From positions 1 to 38,489 of the forward strand of contig JAICUV010000002.1 in the NCBI GenBank assembly GCA_025935655.1: a DNA stretch of 38,489 nucleotides, given 5' to 3'. The notes below the pieces were generated by a model. It was not told the DNA's origin. It ran no database searches and saw only the letters and a list, made by a program, of their open reading frames with translations. The DNA comes from Chloroflexota bacterium (lineage in GTDB: Bacteria; Chloroflexota; Limnocylindria; Limnocylindrales; CSP1-4). Made by a program: the position numbers and the translations under genes. This document shows, one piece after another, positions 17,515 through 27,800 of the stretch. Within the stretch, counting starts at the first letter, position 1; each line of letters opens with the position of its first letter.

Positions 17515-19173
17515 ATGTCGATGCCGAAGCCTGCCGCCCGCACGATCCTGCTGCTCGCGCTGGGGATCGGCATGCTCGTCGACGTCGTCATCCCGGGCAA
17601 CGCGGCGGGCGTGAACGCGGCGCTGGTCGTGGCCGCGCTGCTGGCCGCGTCCGCGGCGGTGGCGGGCCGGGACGGCCTCCGCCGCGTGGACCCGGTCGAT
17701 GCCTGGATCCCGGTGGCGGCGATCGGGTTCGCGGCGATGCCCGCCATCCGCGCGGACAGCTGGCTCGTCGCCGCCGACCTCATGCTCGCCGCGCTGCTGG
17801 GTGCGGCCGCCGGCGCGTGTCTGGGCGGGGCGCGGATCACGCGGGGGCTGGTCGCGGCAGTGCTCCGCACGGGTGTCGCGCTCGTCACCGGCGCCGTGAC
17901 CGGGGCGGTGTCCGTGGTCGCCGCGCTCCGTCCCCGGCGCGCGCCCGCCACCGCGCCGGGCGACGCGGGCGGTGACGCCGTCTCCGAGCCGCCGTCCCGC
18001 CGCCTCCCGCCGTGGGTCGTGGGTCTCCTGCCCGTCCTCCGCGGCCTGCTCATCGCGCTGCCCGTGCTCGCGCTGTTCGCGCTCCTGTTCGCGTCGGCCG
18101 ACGCGGTGTTCGCGGAGCTCGCGCGCACGGCGCTCGCGTGGCGCGTGGACCTCGACCTGACGACCGTCGTCGACCGCACCGCGTGGGTCACCGTGGTGGC
18201 CTGGGGGACCGCCGGTCTCCTGGCCCTGGCCGCCGGCCTGCTGCCGGAGCTGATCCCCGGCCGCGCGCCGGGCGGCGTGGGGCCGGACGGGGCGCGTGTC
18301 CCGGTGGACGGCCCGCCACCCCCGCCGTGGTGGACGAACCGGTCGCTGGGTGCCGCGAGCGTCACCGAGCTGCGCCAGCCGCTGCGCCTGGGGAGCGTCG
18401 AGGCCGCGACGGTGCTCGCGCTCGTCGCGGCGCTGTTCGCCGCCTTCGTCGTGCTCCAGCTCGCGTATCTGTTCGGCGGGCGGGACACGATGGCCGTCGC
18501 CGGCCTCACCTACGCGGAGTACGCCCGGCGCGGCTTCTTCGAGCTGGTCGCCGTGGCCGTCCTCGCCGGGATGCTCGTCGTCGCGCTCGACCTCGTGGTC
18601 GCGGTGCGTGGCCGGGCACAGCTCGTCGCCTCGCTGGCGCTGCTCGCACTCACCGCGATCGTCCTGCTGTCGGCCTTCGTGCGCCTCCGCCTGTACCAGG
18701 ACATGTACGGCTGGACGGAGCTGCGCTTCGTGGTCCTCGTTGCGATCGGCTGGCTCGCGGTCGCGCTCGTCGCCACGGCGGTGCTCCTGCTCGGCCGGAT
18801 GACCCGCTGGACCCTCCACGTGCTGGGGGTCATGGTCCTGCTGACCGTGGCCGGCATGAACCTCGTCGGGCCACAGGTCTTCGTCGCGGACCGCAACCTC
18901 GAGCGCACGCTCAACCCGGCGATCGTGCCGGCGGGCGGCCGCACCGGGCTCGACGGCAGCTACCTCGGCTCACTGGGCGACGAGGCGGTGCCGGCGGTCG
19001 TCGCCGCGTATGGCGCCCTCCCCGCCGCGGCGCGGGCGGAGCTCGACGGGTTCCTCTCCGCGCGTCGGACCGCGCTCGCCACGGAACCCGCGCTCCGGGG
19101 GTGGCCTGCCTGGAACCTCACCCGCGAGCGGGCACGCGCCGCCCTGGCGGGCTGGGCGCCGGCCGGGCGCTGA
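17515..19173 (+). CDS. polytopic membrane protein, DUF4153/DUF4173-like
   Basis: At least 10 hydrophobic helices. Motifs YAEYARRGFFEL, RLRLYQDMYGWTELR, and C-terminal GWPAWNLTRERA. Start moved to ATG 17515 because the ORF-track start overlaps the malic enzyme gene. Confidence 0.65.
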   Translation: MSMPKPAARTILLLALGIGMLVDVVIPGNAAGVNAALVVAALLAASAAVAGRDGLRRVDPVDAWIPVAAIGFAAMPAIRADSWLVAADLMLAALLGAAAGACLGGARITRGLVAAVLRTGVALVTGAVTGAVSVVAALRPRRAPATAPGDAGGDAVSEPPSRRLPPWVVGLLPVLRGLLIALPVLALFALLFASADAVFAELARTALAWRVDLDLTTVVDRTAWVTVVAWGTAGLLALAAGLLPELIPGRAPGGVGPDGARVPVDGPPPPPWWTNRSLGAASVTELRQPLRLGSVEAATVLALVAALFAAFVVLQLAYLFGGRDTMAVAGLTYAEYARRGFFELVAVAVLAGMLVVALDLVVAVRGRAQLVASLALLALTAIVLLSAFVRLRLYQDMYGWTELRFVVLVAIGWLAVALVATAVLLLGRMTRWTLHVLGVMVLLTVAGMNLVGPQVFVADRNLERTLNPAIVPAGGRTGLDGSYLGSLGDEAVPAVVAAYGALPAAARAELDGFLSARRTALATEPALRGWPAWNLTRERARAALAGWAPAGR

Positions 19174-19186
19174 GGCCCGGCCGGCG
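19157..19186. terminator. perfect 12-bp GC hairpin between convergent genes, with a stop codon in the loop
   Basis: cgccggccgggc / gcccggccggcg with the loop gctgag. The TGA of the upstream CDS (19171-19173) lies in the loop. The opposing gene stops at 19207. Confidence 0.5.
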
Positions 19187-19206
19187 CGACCGCTCCCCCC
19201 GGACGG

Positions 19207-20193
19207 TCAGCTCCCCCCGGGTCCCTCGCCCCAGCCGGGAATGGGTCCCGCGCCCGCGCCCGGCTTCGGCGCGATCCGCCGGAACAGCCAGCGCGCGACC
19301 AGCGCGATGAGCAGCACGATCGCGAGGACGGGGAGCCACACGATCGTGAACCAGATGGCGCCCGACACGATGGTCTGGCCGGCCCCGATCAGGGTGGCGA
19401 ACGCGCCGTCCACGTCCGAGCGCGGGTCCCAGCCCTGCGCCTGCTGCTGGACCTGGACGACCTCCAGGCCGAAGGTCGTGACCAGCGTCCCGTAGGCGAC
19501 CTGGTCCTGGAGCTGGGCCCGCTGGCCCTCGAGCTGCTCGATCTGCCCCCGGACCTGCGTGAGCTGCGCCTCGACCTCGAGCAGGTCGCTGACCTTGCCG
19601 GTCCCCTTCGCGATCTCCTGGAGCGAGACCTCGCTCGCGCGGAGGTTCCGGATGCGGGCTTCCAGGTCCACGATCTGGCCGCCGACCTCCGTCGCCTGGG
19701 TCTGCTCGGCGACGACCTTGGTCGCGAGCCCGCGGAGGTCGTCGATCGCGTCCTCCCAACGGGTCGCCGGGATGCGGTAGGTGATCGTGGCGACGGACCG
19801 GTCGCCGTCGTTCGACTCCTGCGAGGCGCCGATGTACCCGCCCGTGGCGAGCACGGCCACCTTCGCCTTGGCGAGCGCGGCCGCGAGGTCGTCGACGACG
19901 AGCTGCAGCGACCCCGTGTAAACGATCTTGAGGTCGTCGCGGGGCGCGCCGTTCGTGCCTTGGCCGGTGAGGTCGTCCGGCAGCTCGCCGCCCGCCGCTG
20001 CGGGTGCTGCCGAGGGGGCCGCGGACGGGGCGGCCATCGCCTCACCGTCGGCGGCAGGGATCGGAGCCCCCACCGTTGAGAGCACCCTCGACGAGGCGCC
20101 GCCGCCGCAGGCGGCGACGACCACTGCGGCGACCGCCGCGAGGATGAGCAGTGACGCGCGGAGCGGAGCGCTCCGACGACCGGGTTCCCCCAT
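19207..20193 (-). CDS. DUF4349-like lipoprotein with C-terminal TM anchor
   Basis: Lipobox-like VVAAC signal; coiled-coil segment QIVDLEARIRNLRASE...LEVEAQLTQVRGQIEQLEGQ; C-terminal helix. GGAGGT SD lies upstream of ATG 20193. The 970-aa ORF-track version is a composite. Confidence 0.75.
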   Translation of the reverse strand: MGEPGRRSAPLRASLLILAAVAAVVVAACGGGASSRVLSTVGAPIPAADGEAMAAPSAAPSAAPAAAGGELPDDLTGQGTNGAPRDDLKIVYTGSLQLVVDDLAAALAKAKVAVLATGGYIGASQESNDGDRSVATITYRIPATRWEDAIDDLRGLATKVVAEQTQATEVGGQIVDLEARIRNLRASEVSLQEIAKGTGKVSDLLEVEAQLTQVRGQIEQLEGQRAQLQDQVAYGTLVTTFGLEVVQVQQQAQGWDPRSDVDGAFATLIGAGQTIVSGAIWFTIVWLPVLAIVLLIALVARWLFRRIAPKPGAGAGPIPGWGEGPGGS

Positions 20194-20373
20194 GGTCGTG
20201 TACCTCCGATGGGCGCGCTCCCCGCGCCCGGAGCCGCCGCGGATGCGGCGCTGGGGGGACGTGCCGGTGACCCGGCCGGTTCCACGTCCGGATGCTGCGC
20301 CCGCCACCCGCAGCCGGCGCTCCGGGATGTCCCGCAACGCCGGTCGCGTGCTTCCCGTCCCGATCGGGCGCGG

Positions 20374-20379
20374 TATCGT
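20374..20379 (+). promoter_or_regulatory. -10 hexamer TATCGT placed 6 nt before the ligase ATG (leaderless-transcript candidate)
   Basis: It matches the TANNNT pattern. There is no SD between it and ATG 20386. Confidence 0.3.
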
Positions 20380-20385
20380 GCGGCC

Positions 20386-21477
20386 ATGCGACTCCCGTTC
20401 GCGCCCCCCGTGGAGCCCATGCTCGCCAAGGCGAGCGACGCCCTGCCCGAGGGCGACGGCTGGCTGTACGAGCCCAAGTGGGACGGCTTCCGCGCGCTCG
20501 TCTTCCGCGACGGCGACGAGCTGTACATCCAGAGCCGCGACCTCAAGCCCCTCGACCGCTACTTCCCCGAGCTCGCCGAGCCGCTCAAGGCGAACATCCC
20601 CGAGCGCTGCGTCCTCGACGGAGAGGTGGTCATCGCCGGTCCGGACGGGCTGGCGTTCGAGTCGCTGCTCCTGCGCATCCACCCGGCGGCGTCGCGGGTG
20701 AACATGCTGGCCGCGGAGACGCCGGCGAGCTTCGTCGCCTGGGACCTGCTCGCGCTGGGCGACGAGGACCTGCGAGCCGTGCCGCAGGGCGAGCGCCGGG
20801 CCCGGCTGGAGCAGGCGTTCGCGACCGTCCAGCCACCGATCCACCTGACGCCCGCCACCCGGGACCGATCGCTGGCCGCGGACTGGTTCGACCGGTTCGA
20901 GGGCGCGGGCCTCGACGGCGTGGTCGCCAAGCGCCTCGAGGGCACGTACCAGCCGGGCAAGCGGGCGATGCTCAAGATCAAGCACGAGCGCACGGCGGAC
21001 TGCGTGGTCGCCGGGTTCCGGTGGCACAAGAACGGCCCGGGCACCCACGTCGGCAGCCTGCTGCTCGGCCTGTTCGACGGCGAGGGCCACCTCCACCACG
21101 TGGGGATCACCAGCTCGTTCACGTGGGACAGGCGCGAGGCGCTCGTGGCGGAGCTCGCGCCGCTGCGCGAGGGGGCGCTCGAGGGCCACCCGTGGGGCGA
21201 GTGGGCGGAGTGGGCGTCGGCGGGGTCGGCGGACGCGTCCGGGCAGCGGCTCCCGGGCGCGACGAGCCGCTGGAACCGGGGCAAGGACCTGTCGTGGGAG
21301 CCGCTGCGGGCGGAGCGGGTCGTCGAGGTCGCGTACGACCACCTCCAGGGCGACCGATTCCGGCACGCGACGACGTTCCGCCGCTGGCGGCCCGACAAGC
21401 AGCCCGCCGACTGCCGCTACGACCAGCTGGAGACGACGGCGCCGTACGAGCTCGCGCGCATCTTCGGCGGCAGCTGA
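20386..21477 (+). CDS. ligC: ATP-dependent DNA ligase (LigC-type, ligase domain only)
   Basis: Adenylation motif I EPKWDGFR, plus LDGVVAKRL, MLKIKHERT and an OB-fold C-terminus; about 363 aa from ATG 20386. Confidence 0.85.
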   Translation: MRLPFAPPVEPMLAKASDALPEGDGWLYEPKWDGFRALVFRDGDELYIQSRDLKPLDRYFPELAEPLKANIPERCVLDGEVVIAGPDGLAFESLLLRIHPAASRVNMLAAETPASFVAWDLLALGDEDLRAVPQGERRARLEQAFATVQPPIHLTPATRDRSLAADWFDRFEGAGLDGVVAKRLEGTYQPGKRAMLKIKHERTADCVVAGFRWHKNGPGTHVGSLLLGLFDGEGHLHHVGITSSFTWDRREALVAELAPLREGALEGHPWGEWAEWASAGSADASGQRLPGATSRWNRGKDLSWEPLRAERVVEVAYDHLQGDRFRHATTFRRWRPDKQPADCRYDQLETTAPYELARIFGGS

Positions 21478-21514
21478 CGCCCGTGCCCCGCCGGCCGCCC
21501 CCCGAGGCTCCGCG

Positions 21515-22849
21515 ATGATGCCGCAGCTCGACGTGCCGGCCGGCCTGGTGGGGACGCTCGCGATCATCGCGTTCGGCCTCGCGATCGTCGCCATCGTCGT
21601 CGCGCCGATCGTCGCGCGGAGCCGCGGCTCCACGGGCCTCGGTGCCGCGCTCGCGCTCGTCCCCTTCGCCGTCCTGACCGTGGCCGCGGTGCTCGCCGCG
21701 GCCGCCGCCGCCCTGGGGACCGTGGCGAACCAGGCGGCGGGCGTGCGCGAGGTCACGACCGCCGGCCTCGCGCTCATCTGCATCACGCCCGTCCTGGGCG
21801 CCCTGTTCGTCCGCCTGCGGTACGGGCCCACGGGCGATCGCACGTTCCAGCAGCAGATGGCCGGCAACGCCGTGAGCTCGATGCTGCTCGTCGCGATCCT
21901 GTTCGAGGTGCTCGTGGTGACGGGCTTCCTGATCGGCGTCGCGGTCGGGTTCTTCGTGGGCACGCCGCTGCTCGTGGGCCTCGCCTTCGCGGGCATCTCC
22001 GTCCTCGGGACCGCGGGCGCGACGCTGTTCGCGCTCAACAGAGGCGACGCCTTCATCCTCGAGCTCTCGAAGGCCCGCAGGGCGGACCCGTCGAACGCCC
22101 GGGAGGCGATGCTCCGCAACGTGGTCCAGGAGCTGGCGCTGGGGGCGAACCTGCCTATGCCCGAGGTCTACGTCATCGACGCCGGGGCCGCGAACGCGTT
22201 CGCCGTCGGCCGGGACACCACCCACGCCTCGATCGCGGTGACCCGCGGACTGCTCGAGCTCCTGGACCGCGAGGAGCTCCAGGGTGTCGTGGCGCACGAG
22301 CTCGGGCACATCGCGAACCTCGACTCCCGCCACGGGCTCATCGTGGCGCTGCTCGTGGGAGCCGTCGTCGTCCTCACGGACCTGTTCTTCGAGGCCGTCG
22401 TCGAGATGGCGCAGCACCCGTCCATCGGCGGCGACGACATCGGCGAGGTGGTCGCGGGGCTCGTGATGTGGCTCGTGATCTCGCTGCTCGCGATCCTCTT
22501 CGCGGGCACGCTCAAGCTGTTCGCGCCGCTCGCCGCGCGCGCCGTCCAGGCGGCCGTGTCGCGGGACCGCGAGTACCTGGCCGACGCCACGTCAGTGAGC
22601 ATCACCCGCAACCCGGCGGGGCTCGAGTCGGCGCTGCGCAAGCTGGACGCCGACCCGACGCGGCTCCTCGACGCGAACCGCGGCACGCAGCACCTGTGGA
22701 TCGTGAACCCGCTCAAGGAGGCGAGCGAGGGCGGCCACGGCTGGTTCGACACGCACCCGGCGACCGCGGACCGGATCGCGCGCCTGCGCGCGCTCGCCGG
22801 ACAGGACGCCCGTCGCGATGCGGAGCCTTCGGCGGCTGCCGCCACGTAG
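21515..22849 (+). CDS. M48-family zinc metallopeptidase (HtpX-like) with extended polytopic N-terminus
   Basis: HEXXH in VVAHELGHIANLD, a downstream EYLAD glutamate motif, and DTHPATADRI. About 5 hydrophobic helices precede the catalytic domain. Confidence 0.82.
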   Translation: MMPQLDVPAGLVGTLAIIAFGLAIVAIVVAPIVARSRGSTGLGAALALVPFAVLTVAAVLAAAAAALGTVANQAAGVREVTTAGLALICITPVLGALFVRLRYGPTGDRTFQQQMAGNAVSSMLLVAILFEVLVVTGFLIGVAVGFFVGTPLLVGLAFAGISVLGTAGATLFALNRGDAFILELSKARRADPSNAREAMLRNVVQELALGANLPMPEVYVIDAGAANAFAVGRDTTHASIAVTRGLLELLDREELQGVVAHELGHIANLDSRHGLIVALLVGAVVVLTDLFFEAVVEMAQHPSIGGDDIGEVVAGLVMWLVISLLAILFAGTLKLFAPLAARAVQAAVSRDREYLADATSVSITRNPAGLESALRKLDADPTRLLDANRGTQHLWIVNPLKEASEGGHGWFDTHPATADRIARLRALAGQDARRDAEPSAAAAT

Positions 22850-22898
22850 CCGAGGGTGCGCCGCGCGGCCCCTGGTCGGTGCCGCGCCGCGCGCAGGG

Positions 22899-23330
22899 TC
22901 AGGCGCCCTGGGCCCGGGCGACGGCCGCGAGGAGCCGTGGCGTCTCGTCGTGGGCGATCGCGACGATGCGCGTCCCCTCGGCCAGGTCGGCGAGCGTGTA
23001 CGAGGCGGTGAAGTCGTAGACGGGGTCGTGGGCGGCCGTGTGCAGCGACCAGGTCACCGTCGCGTGCGCGATCCCCGGCGTCACCTCCGCGACGTCGAGG
23101 CGCGTGATGGTCGCCCCCGCCACGCCCAGCAGGCGGTACGCGCCGACGATGCGCTGGACCTGGGGCGCCCACGCGTCGGCGGTCGGGACGGACCTGACGG
23201 TGACCCCGTCACCCTCGCCGACGACCTGGACCGGGAACGCATAGCAGCCGGCGATCGCCGCCACGTCGAAGGACTCGAAGGTACGGCGATAGGCGTCGAT
23301 GAACGCCTCGGCGGCGGCGCGGTCAGGCAT
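22899..23330 (-). CDS. NTF2-like / SnoaL-like fold protein
   Basis: About 143 aa, with the N-terminal AAEAFIDAYRRTFESFD helix pattern and alternating beta segments typical of NTF2-like cones. ATG 23330 lies 2 nt after the upstream gene's stop. Confidence 0.5.
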   Translation of the reverse strand: MPDRAAAEAFIDAYRRTFESFDVAAIAGCYAFPVQVVGEGDGVTVRSVPTADAWAPQVQRIVGAYRLLGVAGATITRLDVAEVTPGIAHATVTWSLHTAAHDPVYDFTASYTLADLAEGTRIVAIAHDETPRLLAAVARAQGA

Positions 23331-24813
23331 CGGGCTCCTCGCTGCTGGTGCGGGCACGGCGGGTCGGCTTGCGGCCGGCCATCCACGCGGCGCGCTCGTC
23401 GTCGGACAGGCTGCCCCAGTCGTCCGGGGCGGCGTCCGGGTCCAGCGGTTCCTGGGGCGGGCGCAGGTCCTCCGGGACGTGGATCAGGTTGAGGCGCAGC
23501 CGGTACCAGGCGTAGGCGCGTCCGCGCATCGCGGTCTCGATGACGTCCGCGGGCTCCAGGTGTGCGGCGGCCTCCGGGTGGCGGGCCTTCCAGCGCTCCA
23601 GCCCCTCGTAGACCTCCGCCCTGGTCGGGGCGCGCCCGAGCTCGATCACCGGGATGCTCGACTTCCGGCGACCCGTGGGCGACGGCCGAGATCCCTCCCA
23701 CTCGGTGGTCAGGCCGGCGTTGGGGTCACCCGCGGCGACGGCGGCCGCACGTTGCTCCGCGACCTCGGGCGGGGGACCGCCGTCCTTGCCCCTGCCGGCG
23801 TATTCGTCCGGCTTGCGGCGCATCCTGGAGGGCTGGACGCGGGGCGGCTCGCCCTCCTGCTTGGCGTAGTTCGGGGGCCACGGGGCGTCGCCCTCGCCCT
23901 CCGCCTCGTGGCGCGCCGAGAGCTCCAGGAGGGCGTCGAGCGTGCCCACCGCCTCGTCGATGCCCGCCCCCGCGTCGCCCCGCTGCGCGTAGATCGCGGG
24001 CACGGTGGCGAGGGTGAAGTCCTCCATGACGACGTGCGGCACCTCGTCCCAGCGGAGCGGGAACGAGACCCGGGCGTCTGGCGTGGGCCGCACCGAGTAC
24101 GCGGAGGCGACGGTCCGGTCCTTCGCGTTCTGGTTGTAGTCGAGGAACACGCCGTGGCGCTCCTCCTTCCACCACTTGGAGGTCGCGATCGCCGGCGCCC
24201 GCCGTTCCACGTCCCGGGCGAGGGCCAGCGCGGCGCGACGGACCTGCGGGTACGTCCAGCGGGGCTCGATCCGGACGTTGACGTGGATTCCCCGCGAGCC
24301 GGAGGTCTTGGGCCAGCCGGTCAGGCCCACGGCCACGAGCGACTCCTGGACGACGAGCGCGACCTCGCGCACCTGCGACCAGGGCACGCCCGGGACCGGG
24401 TCCAGGTCCACGCGCAGCTCGTCCGGGTGGTCGAGGTCCTCCGCGCGGACCGGGTGCGGGTTGAGGTCCATGCAGCCCAGGTTCGCGATCCAGGCGAGGC
24501 CCGCGGCTTCGTCCACGACGAGCTCGTCGGCGGTCCGGCCGCTCGGGAACGTCAGCGTGGCGACGCGCATCCAGTCCGGCTTGTTGTCCGGCGCCCGCTT
24601 CTGGAAGAACGGCTCCTTCTCGGCGCCGTCCACGAAGCGCTTGAGCGCCATCGGCCGGCCGCGCACGCCGGTGAGGGCGCCGTCGGCGACCGCGAGGAAG
24701 TACCGGACGAGGTCGAGCTTCGTGTGCCCGGCGCGCGGGAAGTAGACCTTGTCAGGGTTGCTGATCGACACCTCGCGGCCGCCGATCTCGAGGATCTCCT
24801 TGCGGGACGGCAT
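23323..24813 (-). CDS. stand-alone NHEJ primase-polymerase (LigD PolDom-like, AEP superfamily) with long C-terminal extension
   Basis: Motifs SNPDKVYFP, FFQKRAP, DLDP, WPKTSGSRGIHV, FLDYNQNA and SAYSVRP, then PWPPNYAKQEGEPPRVQPSR, then about 150 more residues; 496 aa. Confidence 0.85.
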   Translation of the reverse strand: MPSRKEILEIGGREVSISNPDKVYFPRAGHTKLDLVRYFLAVADGALTGVRGRPMALKRFVDGAEKEPFFQKRAPDNKPDWMRVATLTFPSGRTADELVVDEAAGLAWIANLGCMDLNPHPVRAEDLDHPDELRVDLDPVPGVPWSQVREVALVVQESLVAVGLTGWPKTSGSRGIHVNVRIEPRWTYPQVRRAALALARDVERRAPAIATSKWWKEERHGVFLDYNQNAKDRTVASAYSVRPTPDARVSFPLRWDEVPHVVMEDFTLATVPAIYAQRGDAGAGIDEAVGTLDALLELSARHEAEGEGDAPWPPNYAKQEGEPPRVQPSRMRRKPDEYAGRGKDGGPPPEVAEQRAAAVAAGDPNAGLTTEWEGSRPSPTGRRKSSIPVIELGRAPTRAEVYEGLERWKARHPEAAAHLEPADVIETAMRGRAYAWYRLRLNLIHVPEDLRPPQEPLDPDAAPDDWGSLSDDERAAWMAGRKPTRRARTSSEEPDA

Positions 24814-24830
24814 GTGCGGATCCTAGGCGG

Positions 24831-27800
24831 TCACGTCCGGACGATGTGCAGCCGGCCGCGGCGCTCGAACCGGTAGCCCGGCCGCCCGCTGAAGTACTCG
24901 TGCACGGCCGTGCGGCAGCCGGACCACGTGTCGTAGTCGTCGACCACGATCCGACCGCCGATCGCCAGCAGGGGCGCGATTCGGGTCAGACAGGTCATCG
25001 TGGAGGCATACCAGTCGCCGTCGAGGTGCGCGAAGGCGACGGGCTCGTCCAGGACGAGCGTGTCCTCGAACCGCCCCTGGACGAGGTCCACGTTGCTGGG
25101 CCCGACCGGCAGCCCGTGACGCACGAAGGAGTCGGTCACCTCCGCCAGGAGCTCGTCGCGGTAGCCGTAGTAGGTGTCTCCGCCGACGCCCTGGGAGCGA
25201 CCGGCGACGATCGTGGCGTAGCGCTTGTGGACGTCCTCGCCGTCCTTCTCCGACGGCGGCGGGATCATGCCGAACACGTCGTAGACCTTCATCCGCCGCC
25301 CGGGTGCCTTGGCGGCCGCGAGCGTGATCGCCGAGCCGCCACGCGCCGTTCCTGCTTCGATCACGAGGCCCTCGATCCCGTCCGCCTCGACGGCCTGGAC
25401 CATCGCGGCGAGCGTCCGAAGGCTCGTGACGTCGAGATAGCTCAAGTGCTCGGCGCGGACGCCCGCGATGACGCGCTCGATCTCGGGCCCGAGGGGGCTC
25501 GTCACCGGCCCGAGCTCGACCGGGTTGTGAAGCGAGCCCGCCGGTCCGATCCGCTCGTCGCCGCCCGCGGGCGCATCGCCCGCCCGCTCGCGCAACCGCG
25601 CCGCGACCTCGCGCCACCGCGTCTGCTCGAAGGTGAGCGCCGCGTCCCAGGGCTTGCCGAAGGACGCCCAGTGGATGAGCTTCGGCTCCGCCACGTCCTC
25701 CAGCACCGGCATCACGTTCCACCGGGGGTCCACGAGGCCGCGGCGCGGGCCGAGGTAGCCCAGCATCGTGTCCTGGTCGTGGAGCCCGTATCGCTCCACC
25801 CAGCCGAGATAGGTCGACGTGAATCGGTCGCGGCGCATGCGGTCGAGATCCATCACGAGGACGCCGGCGTTGAGCGCAGGGTGCCCGAAGCCGTGTGCGT
25901 GGCTCACCCGGCGGCGGAGCTCCGTCGCCAGGGGCTCCTCGAGACCGCGGCCGGCGCGCTGCCACTGGCTCGCCTCGCTCACGTTCGAGTCGCGTGCCGC
26001 GACGGGGAAGCCACCGAGATCTGTCGCCGCGAGCTCGCACACGTCGCCGAACATCAGCGTGTCGACGTCCAGGTACACGACCCGCGCCACCTCGGTCAGG
26101 ATGTCCGGCAGCAGCAGCCGGTCCATGGTCGAGACGGTGATGTGAGCGGGGACGCGTCGCGGCCTGCCGTCCGTCCCGCCGAAGCTGATGGTGTCGCACG
26201 GCAGGAACGTGATCGGCAGCGACGGGAAGGCGCCCGCGAGCCACGACTGGTACGCATCGCTGAGTCCCCGCGAGAGCACCCACAGCCGCAGCGGTCCGGA
26301 CGCGTTCGCGACGATGGACTCGATGAGCACCGCAGCCGGCGTCGTCAGGTTCTGGTCGTAGGCGAGGACGACATCGGTCACGGCGCCCGGGTCGACGGCG
26401 TCATGGGGCCCGAAGCGGCGCCTGGCGGCCGCGGTCACCGCCACGGCGGCCGCAACGTCGATCGTCGTGGGCTCGTCTTCGACGGGCTCCGCGAAACGCG
26501 CCTTCGCCTCCTCGACCCGGGCAGCCGTCAGCTCCCGCCACAGCTCGTACACCTCGGACGCCGTCGCGCCGCCGAGGATCCGCTCGAACACCGCGGCCGT
26601 GAGGTCGCGGATGCCCTCGCGCATCTCGTCGAGGCGGAGATCGCCCGGCTGCATGCCCGTCAGCCCCGCGAACCGCACGTCGCCGGGGTTCCGCGTCCGG
26701 AACTCCACCGGCACGCCGAGCGAGGTCAGCGGGAGGTACGCGTGGAGGCGGCCGGTCACGACCCGGTCGAGGTCGCGCTGATAGTCGGCGAGCGCTCGGT
26801 CCGCCGCGCGCAGGCCCTCCGCGGCGGTCAGGTAGCGGTACTCGTCCGACTGGTGCCCGTATGTCCGCACGGTCCGGGCGTTGCGGCCCGCGGCGCTCGG
26901 CGGCTGGTCGATGACGCCCACCGCGCCACCGCCGCGGTACGCCTCGGAGCGAGTCGGGAAGAGCGAGTCGACCGTCGACGTGAGACAGCCGCTGAAGAAC
27001 GCGTCGACGCCCGCGCCCAACAGGAGGAACACCGTCGTCCAGTCCCGGCAGCCGACCGGCCCGTGCGCGCGCAGGTACGCCAGCGCCGCGTCGCTGAGCA
27101 TGTCGAGCCGGTTGACGTGGAACGACAGGAACAGCGGCCGGATGGCCGGGTGGTAGGGGAAGTCGTACCGCAGGTCGAACAGCGAGTGCATGTGCCAGCC
27201 GAACGCGATCAGCCACGTTCCGTCCGGCACGTCGCGACCGGTGCTGAAGTCGCGGTCGACCGGGATGAGGTGCAGCGCGCCGCCGACGCCGGGGCGACGG
27301 AGGTCTGCCCTGACCCGACCCTGCAGCTCGGTCGCGACCTCCCCGAGGCCCCCCTCACCGGTGATCGTGACGTCGACGAGGCGCGCGATGTTGCCGACGA
27401 GGGACAGGGTCTGGATGTAGTCGCCGAGGTTCCCCGAGGTGAGCACGTGATCCGGGCTCTTGTAGTCGAGGATGCCGATGGGGATCGACCCGGGCGGCAC
27501 CTGCGCCGGCGCAGGCTCCAGCCATCGTTCGATGAGCGCCAGCGCGTAGCGACGCCGATCGTCGAGCTCGAGCGCCGGCCGTTTGCGGAGCTCCTCGACG
27601 AGCGCTGCGGTCGGTGCCCGGTGGCCCATGGCGAGGAACCGGCCGGCCAGGTCGACGGCCACCGCGGCATCCATCGATCGATCCGGCACCGACACCGCCA
27701 TCGCGACGGCGAGCCCGTCGTCGGTGCCGTCGGCCAGCGCCGCGTCCACGGCCTCCACCGGCACGGTCGCGGCGAGCGTGGCGGGGTCGAGGTCGCGGAA

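Noticed and set aside
19207-22119. 970-aa minus-strand ORF
   Set aside because: It is a composite. Only the last 328 aa (the DUF4349-like protein, with its own SD and ATG at 20193) are credible. The remainder is antisense to the ligase and M48 peptidase genes.
22850-22898. Possible terminator hairpin between the M48 peptidase and NTF2-like genes
   Set aside because: Only a 7-bp stem (GCGCGGC/GCCGCGC) with an 11-nt loop and no U-tract can be drawn. That is too weak to call in DNA this GC-rich.
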